From a virus: DNA of 64,000 bases. Position 1 is the first letter of the stretch. The number at the start of each line of letters is the position of its first letter. The notes below the pieces were generated by a model. It was not told the DNA's origin. It did not search any database and worked only from the letters and a program-made list of their open reading frames with translations. The position numbers and the translations under genes were made by a program. The stretch lies in the IMG/VR virus record IMGVR_UViG_3300021387_000700; one strand, 5' to 3'. Below, in pieces: positions 35,362-43,350 of this stretch.

Positions 35362-35465
35362 CAAAGTAGGATAGATTGGAGTAGCTACCAACCGACAAGG
35401 GCAATCCAACAGCCCTTCCTACATTTGCAATTTGTTGGATTTATAAATTGTTGGAATTTGGAATT

Positions 35466-36056
35466 ATGAAAGAAAAAAAGAATCTAATTTATGGCGTTGG
35501 CATTAATGATGTTGACACAATTCGTGACTTTAACGGAAATGTTTTTGAATCATACGTAAAATGGAACGAAATGTTACGACGCTGTTATTCTCTATCATTT
35601 CGCTTAAAAAACACCTCTTATACTGGTTGTTCTGTTTGTGCTGAATGGCTTACGTTTAGTAATTTTAAGCATTGGTTTGATAGAAACTACATCAAAGGTT
35701 ATCAACTTGATAAGGATATTCTTGTTAAGGGAAATAAGGTTTATAGCCCAGATACTTGCTGTTTTGTTCCGCAAGAAATAAACAACATATTAACCAAAAA
35801 TAATAAGCATAGAGGCAATTTTCCTATTGGCGTATCTAAATATACAAACAAGAATGGTTTTGTGGCATCTTTAAGAATAAAATCTAAAACCGTATATTTA
35901 GGATATTACAAAACACCAAAAGAGGCATTTGCAGTATATAAAAAGTCAAAAGAAACTTACATCAAAGAACTGGCTAACGAATATAAAGAAAAAGGGCTAA
36001 TATCAGATATAGTGTATAACGCTTTGATGCGTTATGAAGTGAGTATTAATGATTAA
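35466..36056 (+). CDS. AP2-domain protein with degenerate HNH-like region (free-standing homing-endonuclease-like gene)
   Basis: The AP2-like segment is GVSKYTNKNGFVASLRIKSKTVYLGYYKTPKEAFAVYKK. Upstream, QLDKDILVKGNKVYSPDTCCFVPQEIN resembles HNH_3 without the His. The gene is visibly more AT-rich than its neighbours and has its own promoter. Confidence 0.55.
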   Translation: MKEKKNLIYGVGINDVDTIRDFNGNVFESYVKWNEMLRRCYSLSFRLKNTSYTGCSVCAEWLTFSNFKHWFDRNYIKGYQLDKDILVKGNKVYSPDTCCFVPQEINNILTKNNKHRGNFPIGVSKYTNKNGFVASLRIKSKTVYLGYYKTPKEAFAVYKKSKETYIKELANEYKEKGLISDIVYNALMRYEVSIND

Positions 36057-36106
36057 TTAAAAACAATTAGAGTTGGTGCGCCGACACGTATAGGCGTATA
36101 GTTTTT

Positions 36107-37072
36107 ATGACACCTTTTCAAGTTGCACTTTTCAAGCACTTTATTGAAGGCAAGGGTATGGTGACGATTTACATCAATCTGTACCGCAGGTATCACCTCA
36201 AGACTAACCCGATTAGCGTCGAGGAGTTTCTCTTCAAAGTTCCCGAAACGGAAGTATGTACCAAGGCGTTCTATTGGGTAGCCAACATGAATTATGGCTA
36301 TGACTATTGGACTCAGATGCAGTTGTTTTGGATGGAGTTTCTTGCATCCAACGAAAACAACTACACGGCTGATGAATGGTACAAGCTGCAAGGCATGTCG
36401 AAAATCCTGCGCACGAATTGGGATGCGGCAAAACATTGGAAGATGGAAAACCGATTAACGGCGGCTATCCGCTTGGGTATTGACTTGAAGCTTATCGGCG
36501 CAGAGGACAAAGAGCCTACTGCCCCGCCTACGAAGCTATCCGAGGAATATCTTCGCGAAAGCACAAAGGCCGAAATCCTTAACCGCGACTTTTCTGCCGA
36601 GAAAGAAACATCAAAACAAGCGGATGCTCCAGCACCTGCGGATGCTATACCCAACGGTAGCAGCGTTTTGGGCGAGTTCATGTTCGTCGACCTTACACCC
36701 CGACGCCAGCTGAAAAAGGACGAGATTAGCATCAACCGCAGAAACAAGAAAGGCTCTGTAACATTCAACCTGCCATTATCCAAAGAGTTCCGTGAGCGTG
36801 GCGGCTATGAATATGCAGCCCTTATGCGTAACAAGGCTGGTGATGTCGTCCTTTTCTTGAACGATGTCAACGGCGTGCCGATGCTCGACGGTAACAGCAG
36901 CGGCGGTAACGGCAATTCCGTAATAAACAGCATTGAACTTGTATCACGGCTGTTTGTTCTCTTGAATCTGAACACCGACTATCATATCGTGAACATTAAG
37001 GAAATTGAGAAGACCGCAGACCATGTGGCCTATCAAGTTTATGTAAACAACAATAATAACAATCAAAATTAA
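36107..37072 (+). CDS. hypothetical protein (poly-Asn C-terminus)
   Basis: 321 aa, ending ...VNNNNNNQN. Confidence 0.5.
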   Translation: MTPFQVALFKHFIEGKGMVTIYINLYRRYHLKTNPISVEEFLFKVPETEVCTKAFYWVANMNYGYDYWTQMQLFWMEFLASNENNYTADEWYKLQGMSKILRTNWDAAKHWKMENRLTAAIRLGIDLKLIGAEDKEPTAPPTKLSEEYLRESTKAEILNRDFSAEKETSKQADAPAPADAIPNGSSVLGEFMFVDLTPRRQLKKDEISINRRNKKGSVTFNLPLSKEFRERGGYEYAALMRNKAGDVVLFLNDVNGVPMLDGNSSGGNGNSVINSIELVSRLFVLLNLNTDYHIVNIKEIEKTADHVAYQVYVNNNNNNQN

Positions 37073-37078
37073 AAAGCT

Positions 37079-37321
37079 ATGGCACAACCCAATTGGAATC
37101 CCGAATCTGCCAACACGCAGCGGGCGCAAATCGCCAACTATCTTATGGCTGGCAACCACATTACACCACTTGAGGCTCTTAACAAGTTCGGTAGCCTCCG
37201 TCTTTCAGCCGTAATCTTTGACTTGAAAAAGCAGGGTTACAAAATCAACTCGCAAAAGGTCAAGACCGAAAGCGGGAAATTCGTTGCTGATTATTGGATT
37301 GATGAGGCCGACCGTATCTGA
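37079..37321 (+). CDS. putative winged-helix/HTH DNA-binding protein
   Basis: 80 aa. ITPLEALNKFGSLRLSAVIFDLKKQGYKI resembles the HTH_39-type pattern (LT.LEAL...RL.ARI.DLR..GY.I). Confidence 0.4.
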   Translation: MAQPNWNPESANTQRAQIANYLMAGNHITPLEALNKFGSLRLSAVIFDLKKQGYKINSQKVKTESGKFVADYWIDEADRI

Positions 37322-37519
37322 GGCTTTCTAACGGCATTATCTGTGCAGGGCGGGTAAACTATCCGCTTTGCACATTTGATGCGCTTACAGCGAAAGGAAA
37401 CAACTTAAAATCATACACTATGGCTATTGATTTACATACCTTATGGGAAATTGCAAAGATAACGGGCTGTTTCGTTATCTTGATATGGCTACTTAAACAA
37501 CGCAAAAAATTTGAGTGAC

Positions 37520-37768
37520 ATGGCAGCAAAGAAATATAATCCCGTGACGTGTTTCATGTATTATATAAACAACAGATTCACGCTTTCGGAGGCAATATCG
37601 CTGTTCGGCAAAGACCTTGGCACACACATCTACAATAAAAAGATGGAGGTTTCGCAATGGTCTAACGACGTGACTATGACTTGGTATGCAGAGCTTGATA
37701 CCGCCTGCAAGGATAAGTTAGTCCTTCGCGCCCAGCAGATTTACAACAAGACAAAAGTAACGGTTTAA
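37520..37768 (+). CDS. hypothetical protein
   Basis: I chose ATG 37520 over the TTG at 37511. Confidence 0.4.
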   Translation: MAAKKYNPVTCFMYYINNRFTLSEAISLFGKDLGTHIYNKKMEVSQWSNDVTMTWYAELDTACKDKLVLRAQQIYNKTKVTV

Positions 37769-37794
37769 AGTTTAACAATAAAAAATTAGGAACT

Positions 37795-37998
37795 ATGGCA
37801 AAGAAAATGATTAAGTTTACGGATAAGAACACGGGTACTTCACTCGAGATTCTTGTCGGCAGCTTGGGGCAGCATGTTTACAAGCTGACTAAAAGCGTTA
37901 ATGAAATGAACGATGCTATCCGCTGGTGCAACCACCATGAGGTCGGCGAAAAGTTCGACTGCGAGCAGTATTCCTTGGAAATCATTAGTGTTGGCTGA
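37795..37998 (+). CDS. hypothetical small protein
   Basis: 67 aa. Confidence 0.4.
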   Translation: MAKKMIKFTDKNTGTSLEILVGSLGQHVYKLTKSVNEMNDAIRWCNHHEVGEKFDCEQYSLEIISVG

Positions 37999-38000
37999 AT

Positions 38001-38189
38001 ATGGCGCATGTACTTACGGATGCACAATTGGAGGCCATCTGTGAACGGTCTCCCGATTGTGGTTGTAACTGCGCTCGCTGCGAAGCTTTCGCGGCAAACG
38101 TGCGGTACAATAACGGCGACTATGAAAATGATTCCAACTCCGATGATGATGAGGAAGATTGGGATGATGGCTACGGGACGCAATGGTGA
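38001..38189 (+). CDS. hypothetical small Cys-rich, very acidic protein
   Basis: 62 aa with CGCNCARCEAF followed by DYENDSNSDDDEEDWDDGYGTQW. Confidence 0.4.
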   Translation: MAHVLTDAQLEAICERSPDCGCNCARCEAFAANVRYNNGDYENDSNSDDDEEDWDDGYGTQW

Positions 38190-38314
38190 AAAGCTATGGC
38201 ATTGGTTATCATCCTTATCTGCGCGATTTGGTGTATCGGCAGGATATATCGGCAATGGTAAGTTAAGATAGGTTAAATTTTGGCTTATTGTTTGGTATAT
38301 TAAAATATTCATCG

Positions 38315-38322
38315 TACATTTG
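38315..38322 (+). promoter_or_regulatory. rightward promoter TTTGGTATAT...TACATTTGCACC
   Basis: The -33-like TTTG lies at 38291-38294 and the -7 box at 38315-38322. It is a near copy of the 27393 promoter. Confidence 0.55.
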
Positions 38323-38329
38323 CACCGTG

Positions 38330-38840
38330 AAACAAGTGTTGCAGGCTTGTGTATCGGTAAGAATTGGGAAACTTTTATCACAAACCCCCTATATTCGGCA
38401 ATACCCCTATCTTGTGCTGCAACCACTTGATAGGGGATTCCTTTTATGGGGGGTTTCCTTTTTCACGAAACGGCATTTGAACGTCGCCAAGAAAGGATTT
38501 GCTGAAACGTGATAAAAGTAAGCAATATCGGTCACACCTCGATGTCGTGGATAAAGCTACCAAGAGGGGAACGTACTAAGGTAGCAAGTGCGGGTACGCC
38601 TTATCGGTGTTACGCTGGCTTGTACGACCGAAAGCAAATCGGGAACAGCGTATATCAATGGTATTTGCAATCCTGCCATTGTGTGTGAAGCGAGGGGCTC
38701 TAAGGGGGTCGTCTATGATTCATCGCAAAGCACAAAACCAAAGGCTGATAAAACGGCTTTTAGGGAATATTGTGCTTTCTTAGGGATAAGTAGGGTTTCT
38801 ATAATTTTTTTAGGCTGGAATATAATAATTTTATTAATAT
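38330..38840 (+). ncRNA. candidate structured non-coding RNA or long structured leader upstream of RNase H
   Basis: About 0.5 kb with no credible ORF and its own promoter. Nested helices are AAACCCCC(38383-38390)/GGGGGGTTT(38448-38456) and CCCCTATC(38404-38411)/GATAGGGG(38429-38436). Further stems are CAATGG/CCATTG (~38657/38676) and CGTAC/GTACG (38571/38594). TAGGG repeats lie at 38760-38800. Confidence 0.35.
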
Positions 38841-39302
38841 ATGGACTACGATTTTATTGTTTATACAGACGGTGGCTATTCGCAGAAAGCGAATGTAGGT
38901 GCTTTCGCCTACGTTATATGTGATGGCCGATGCAATGAGATAAAACGTGGCGCATGGCGGGCAGAGCATGAAACAAACAACCGCATGGAACTAAAAGCCA
39001 TTATTGCAGCCCTGCACCACATACCAGCAACAAACGTAAGTGTTCTTGTGCGTTCCGATTCACAATACGCATTATACACGCTAAACAAGTCATGGTCACG
39101 CAAGACTAACACCGACCTTTTCCCTATTCACGACAAAATCGTTGCAGAAAAGAATCTTGATGTTACATACGAATGGGTGAAAGGTCACAGCGGCAACAAG
39201 TTCAATGAGATTTGCGACCAGCTATGCAGCGAGGCCGCAGGCGTGGACTTAAATGCCGAGTATGAGTTCTATAAGCAATTGAAAAAGAATAAAAAGCAAT
39301 AA
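38841..39302 (+). CDS. ribonuclease H (RNase HI-like), copy 1
   Basis: 153 aa with YTDGG, ETNNRMELKAI, SDSQYA and WVKGHSGNKFNEICDQLC, giving the DEDD catalytic pattern. Confidence 0.8.
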   Translation: MDYDFIVYTDGGYSQKANVGAFAYVICDGRCNEIKRGAWRAEHETNNRMELKAIIAALHHIPATNVSVLVRSDSQYALYTLNKSWSRKTNTDLFPIHDKIVAEKNLDVTYEWVKGHSGNKFNEICDQLCSEAAGVDLNAEYEFYKQLKKNKKQ

Positions 39303-39304
39303 TC

Positions 39305-39673
39305 ATGAGGTACTTTAACTATGATATGGCAAAGCGGATGCAGGGGACTCCCGAGAATGAGGCTTTGCAGAAATATTTCCCCGACAGTGACAAATGGGGT
39401 GCTTGCGTTTATTTCACCCGTGACAAGACGGTTGATTTCGTTGAGATAAACACATTAACAAACTCAAGCATAAACGGCGCAACATGGACGCATTTCTGTA
39501 ATATTCAGAATACGGGCGATGGTAAATGGGAGGTAAATACGCAGTTCAACGGCAAATTGGAGGATGAAATGTGGATTTACGGCTACTACAAGTATTTCAA
39601 GGTTGCTTGCCATTGTGCCGCCAGCGAATCTTTCCGAAACAAGACACGTAAACCTATAAAAATATACATCTAA
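39305..39673 (+). CDS. hypothetical protein between the two RNase H genes
   Basis: 122 aa. Confidence 0.5.
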   Translation: MRYFNYDMAKRMQGTPENEALQKYFPDSDKWGACVYFTRDKTVDFVEINTLTNSSINGATWTHFCNIQNTGDGKWEVNTQFNGKLEDEMWIYGYYKYFKVACHCAASESFRNKTRKPIKIYI

Positions 39674-39681
39674 CAAACATT

Positions 39682-40116
39682 ATGCACTATCTTCTTTATA
39701 CCGACGGGGCATATTTCCCCGAACATGAGCGCAGTTCCATTGCTTACGTGATGATACAAGCAGTACCAAAAAGAGAGGTGCGCCGCCTACATCAGACCGT
39801 AAAGGGCGAAACCAGCGGGCGTGCGGAGCTGAAGGCCATCATAAGTGCCGTGTACGCTTTACCCGAAGATGCCGATAGCTGCACCGTCATAAGCGACTCG
39901 AAATATGCGCTTGATGCTTGCAGTAAACGCTGCATACGATACAAGAATACGGATTTGCTTAACCTCTTTGATAACATCATTGAGTCGCGTGGCCTTTCGG
40001 TAACGTATTCTTGGGTAAAATCCCACAACGGGAACTTTTACAATGAGCTTTGTGACTCTTTATGCCAGCAGGCAATAAACGAATACATTAACAACAAAAA
40101 CAAAGAAAACGTATGA
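39682..40116 (+). CDS. ribonuclease H (RNase HI-like), copy 2
   Basis: 144 aa with YTDGA, ETSGRAELKAI, SDSKYA and WVKSHNGNFYNELCDSLC. Confidence 0.8.
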   Translation: MHYLLYTDGAYFPEHERSSIAYVMIQAVPKREVRRLHQTVKGETSGRAELKAIISAVYALPEDADSCTVISDSKYALDACSKRCIRYKNTDLLNLFDNIIESRGLSVTYSWVKSHNGNFYNELCDSLCQQAINEYINNKNKENV

Positions 40117-40304
40117 TTAAGATTTCAAAAAACATTTGGAAAAAGTTATTGGCAGCATTAACCAACGATACCGTTTGGTCGGCTGTGGGTTTGTTCTTTG
40201 GTATCATCAACGGCTTCCGCCATTACTTTCACGAAGACCCGCTGCGTGGCATCTTTTGGATTGTAGTTGCTATTTTCTGTTTGGTGAACATGAAAGATAA
40301 TTGA
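40113..40304 (+). CDS. hypothetical small membrane protein
   Basis: 63 aa with two hydrophobic segments. Confidence 0.4.
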   Translation: MIKISKNIWKKLLAALTNDTVWSAVGLFFGIINGFRHYFHEDPLRGIFWIVVAIFCLVNMKDN

Positions 40305-40305
40305 T

Positions 40306-40656
40306 ATGGCCGAAGTTTTTAACAATTATCTTTGCCACACTAACGAATGGCATTGGGGTAAGACGGTTGATATTATCCATAAACAAGGCATAGGTACAAT
40401 CTGCGTCAAGCTGGAGGATGATTACCCCGTTACCGCTTATATCTGCGACCTATCCGTGTTTGTGCTTAACCGCAGGCAGGGTATAGGAACGGAGCTTATC
40501 AAAAACGCCTTGGCCGTTGCACGCAAGTATGGCAAAGTATTTGCCGAGCTTAACGTCGATAAAAACAAGGACTGGCTTGTGGCTTGGTATTCCTCTTTGG
40601 GATTTCAGATTACGTATATCGGAAAAGACGAGTACACAATGACGAAAACTTTATGA
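40306..40656 (+). CDS. GNAT-family N-acetyltransferase (small)
   Basis: 116 aa with motif A, VLNRRQGIGTELIKNALAVARKYG. Confidence 0.6.
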   Translation: MAEVFNNYLCHTNEWHWGKTVDIIHKQGIGTICVKLEDDYPVTAYICDLSVFVLNRRQGIGTELIKNALAVARKYGKVFAELNVDKNKDWLVAWYSSLGFQITYIGKDEYTMTKTL

Positions 40657-40919
40657 AACAGAATTTATTCTCTACAGATTTATCAACGATGTACGATAAA
40701 GGCACTGAGGTTGTCGTATATTGTTACGAAAGCGAAAAAGACAAAGCGGAAAAGGAAACAAGAAAAATGGGATATATACCTATTGATTTTGTTTTTGTTG
40801 ATAACGAGTATGGTATAAGTCATATAATTCCAAAAGGGCATTTCACTTGTGCGCCAAAAGTAAAAATACGCTGGGCTGCAAGTCCTTACACAACAATTTT
40901 TGCAAGAATGATGCTATGA
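40653..40919 (+). CDS. hypothetical protein
   Basis: ATG 40653 (MKQNLFSTDL...) overlaps the GNAT stop as ATGA. Confidence 0.4.
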   Translation: MKQNLFSTDLSTMYDKGTEVVVYCYESEKDKAEKETRKMGYIPIDFVFVDNEYGISHIIPKGHFTCAPKVKIRWAASPYTTIFARMML

Positions 40920-41209
40920 CAAAGGAAGAATTGATTTTTACGATTGACTACAACGTGAAAAGTATGGAGTTCGCCTGCGACGATGATAACTGCTTTAAGG
41001 CACATTTCGTCGACGAGAATGGTGAAACTTTCGATTTCACGGCATCCCGCCAAAAGGTGCTGGAGCACACAGAGCGTTTCAGCGCACACCCCGAACGGTA
41101 TATATCCAACAAAGGGTTATGCGTCGCGCATTTTCACCGCATGGCTATCAATTGGTACAAGAAAACACACCTATCAAAATGGGCGCAGGAACTTGTAAAC
41201 AATAATTAA
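40916..41209 (+). CDS. hypothetical protein
   Basis: ATG 40916 (MTKEELIFTIDY...) overlaps the upstream stop. Confidence 0.4.
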   Translation: MTKEELIFTIDYNVKSMEFACDDDNCFKAHFVDENGETFDFTASRQKVLEHTERFSAHPERYISNKGLCVAHFHRMAINWYKKTHLSKWAQELVNNN

Positions 41210-41253
41210 CTTAAATAAACGTAACAATACTTTTATATATGCCAAATTATTTG

Positions 41254-41261
41254 TATCTTTG
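41254..41261 (+). promoter_or_regulatory. Bacteroides-type -7 box TATCTTTG
   Basis: Lies about 18 nt upstream of ATG 41279. Confidence 0.45.
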
Positions 41262-41278
41262 CATCAAATTTCACGAAA

Positions 41279-41686
41279 ATGGCAAAATTGGATAAAAACA
41301 TAGTATTGCTTGAGGGCTTGATTGGCGATGATTTCAAGTTTGGCAGGACGAGTGATGCAAAGGAAATGGCAACATTCTCCCTCGCTATCAACTCCTACCT
41401 AAAAGAGCTGGCTGATGATACGGAGCGCACAAGGGCGCAAACCTACGTGCGCATATTCGTATATGACAAGAAACTGCTCGATTATCTTCGCCGCATTGAT
41501 GTGCATCGTGGTATGCGTGCATCCATCCTTGGCCGTTTAAGCAGCCATAAATCCGAATACAAGGGCATTGAATACATTCAGCTGACCGTAATCGTTCGCG
41601 ATATTGGCATTATTCAAACGAAATCATTCAAGAAACGTACAACAAAACCAAATTCAACAGAAAATAATAATGAGCAAAAAGATTAA
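41279..41686 (+). CDS. SSB-like OB-fold protein (third SSB-like gene; no acidic tip)
   Basis: 135 aa. NIVLLEGLIGDDFKFGRTSDAKEMATFSLAINSY follows the SSB N-terminal pattern (V.L.G.L..DPE.R.T..G...A.FSLA). Confidence 0.45.
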   Translation: MAKLDKNIVLLEGLIGDDFKFGRTSDAKEMATFSLAINSYLKELADDTERTRAQTYVRIFVYDKKLLDYLRRIDVHRGMRASILGRLSSHKSEYKGIEYIQLTVIVRDIGIIQTKSFKKRTTKPNSTENNNEQKD

Positions 41687-41993
41687 GAAAATCTATCTGT
41701 CCGCACCTATCAGCGGCTACGACATTCCCGAACGCCAGCAGACGTTTCAAGAAATGGAAACAAAGCTGTCTAAATTGGGCTATCAGATTCTAAACCCGAT
41801 GAAAAACGGGCTTGATATAAGCGCACCAACATCTCATCACATGAAGCGTGATATTATCATGCTCTTGCAGGCCGACGCCATTTTCCTTATGCAGAATTGG
41901 AACAAATCGGCTGGATGCCTTACCGAGCTGCATGTGGCAACCGCCTGCGGCCTTGATGTGCTTTTTGAGGGTGTTTCAGAAGTTCAACTCTAA
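41670..41993 (+). CDS. DUF4406 / nucleoside 2-deoxyribosyltransferase-like protein
   Basis: KKIYLSAPISGYDIPERQQTFQEMETKLSKLGYQILNP fits the iYisGPisG...F...e..L...G..v.NP pattern. The start is taken at ATG 41670. Confidence 0.45.
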   Translation: MSKKIKKIYLSAPISGYDIPERQQTFQEMETKLSKLGYQILNPMKNGLDISAPTSHHMKRDIIMLLQADAIFLMQNWNKSAGCLTELHVATACGLDVLFEGVSEVQL

Positions 41994-42003
41994 ATAGACA
42001 ATT

Positions 42004-42177
42004 ATGATAGCAACAATCATTCTACTTGTATTACATGTGCTTGATTTGGGTATTAACCTTGGAAAGCACGGTGAGCCGAAAAGCGGTAATTATAATTTTT
42101 GGGTATCGCTTATCTGTTCGGCTATCATTATCTATCTCTACTATAAGGCAGGCTTATTCAACAACTTTAATATTTAA
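42004..42177 (+). CDS. hypothetical small membrane protein (57 aa)
   Basis: Own translation: MIATIILLVLHVLDLGINLGKHGEPKSGNYNFWVSLICSAIIIYLYYKAGLFNNFNI*. Confidence 0.35.
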   Translation: MIATIILLVLHVLDLGINLGKHGEPKSGNYNFWVSLICSAIIIYLYYKAGLFNNFNI

Positions 42178-42183
42178 CAAGAA

Positions 42184-43197
42184 ATGGAAGAAGTAAAAGA
42201 TTACAAGCAGGACGTCGCCCAAAGCCGTGTAGGTTGCTTGGGTAGTTCCGATGGCAAGATGCTGGCGCAGATTTGTGCGCTTGGCTATGTACCTAAATCA
42301 GCCCACAAGCGTTTGGCAATATGCAAGGGCTTGATTCCGCAGGAGGAGATTCCACGTACCGCAGCTATCAAGGCTGGTGACGAAATGGAAATGCTTATCT
42401 ACAAGCACCTCGCCGCTAACGACCAGCGTTATCAGTCTAACCCAAAATGGGTGTCCGAAAAGTATTCGTATGCCAACGTTAAGCTGATTTCGCACCCCGA
42501 CCTTGTGTTGCAGGATGATGCAAGAAAGATTCTGTTCATCTACGAGGTTAAGACCACAAAGTACTCTATTGAGGAAACACGGCAGACCTACAAGGCACAG
42601 CTTTTCATTCACTATCTTCTTGGAAAGGAGATTACGGATAAGCTTGGCGATGGATGGCAGGTTAAGCTTAACTTGGTTCACTACAACACCGACGGATTAG
42701 ACCTTGCAGAGGCATTGGCCAACGACGCGCTGGAGCTTGACCCCTCACGCCTTACCGTTAAGGAGGTTCGCTTTACATCTGCCGCATATTTCGACATCAA
42801 GAAATCCATGCAGCTTGTAAACGATTTCCTTTCTACGTTCGTCGAGTTCTACGAAGGCGATGAGGTGGATGCCAATCTGCTGCCAGCAGCCGTAAAGACT
42901 CAGTTTGAGGATATTGCGGTAGTGTTGCAGGAAATCAAAGACCGTGAAAACAAGGTCGATGAGTTCAAGAAACGCCTCTATGATTTCATGGTGGAAAAGG
43001 ACATCAAGTCCATCAAGAACGATATGTTTGCCATTACCCGTGTAGACCCAACGGAAAGCAAGTCTTTCGACGGTAAGAAATACATGGATGATATGGCAAA
43101 GGAGCATCCACGCAAGGCAAAGAAAATCTTGGCTAAGTACACCAAGACCGTTAAGCGTAAGGGATATGCCACCATCAAGGTAAATGAAACAAAATAA
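42184..43197 (+). CDS. YqaJ/lambda-Exo-like PD-(D/E)XK recombination exonuclease
   Basis: 337 aa with GCLGSSDGKML near the N-terminus and ISHPDLVL...LFIYEVKTTKY (D...E.K). It is paired with RecT downstream. Confidence 0.6.
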   Translation: MEEVKDYKQDVAQSRVGCLGSSDGKMLAQICALGYVPKSAHKRLAICKGLIPQEEIPRTAAIKAGDEMEMLIYKHLAANDQRYQSNPKWVSEKYSYANVKLISHPDLVLQDDARKILFIYEVKTTKYSIEETRQTYKAQLFIHYLLGKEITDKLGDGWQVKLNLVHYNTDGLDLAEALANDALELDPSRLTVKEVRFTSAAYFDIKKSMQLVNDFLSTFVEFYEGDEVDANLLPAAVKTQFEDIAVVLQEIKDRENKVDEFKKRLYDFMVEKDIKSIKNDMFAITRVDPTESKSFDGKKYMDDMAKEHPRKAKKILAKYTKTVKRKGYATIKVNETK

Positions 43198-43211
43198 ATT
43201 AATTTAAAATT

Positions 43212-43343
43212 ATGGCAAAGTACATCGGTTCATGTTTTAAAGTTATGCACGGAAACCCCGACGGGTTCGGCATGTATTACATTCACAGTTCAAAGGCGCG
43301 TCAGAATCATTTGAAGCGCAAGTTGTTAAACAAGAAAAAATAA
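43212..43343 (+). CDS. hypothetical small basic protein (43 aa)
   Basis: Own translation: MAKYIGSCFKVMHGNPDGFGMYYIHSSKARQNHLKRKLLNKKK*. Confidence 0.3.
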   Translation: MAKYIGSCFKVMHGNPDGFGMYYIHSSKARQNHLKRKLLNKKK

Positions 43344-43350
43344 TGGCATT

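Noticed and set aside
37878-38426. 182-aa minus-strand ORF.
   Set aside because: It is antisense to two tightly packed plus-strand genes (37795-37998, 38001-38189) in a block that is otherwise uniformly rightward.
38588-38923. 111-aa ORF (GTG start), and the 74-aa ORF at 38288-38512, inside the long intergenic region.
   Set aside because: Both use non-ATG starts. The first overlaps the well-supported RNase H start in another frame. Neither has a start context, and the region is better explained as structured non-coding RNA.
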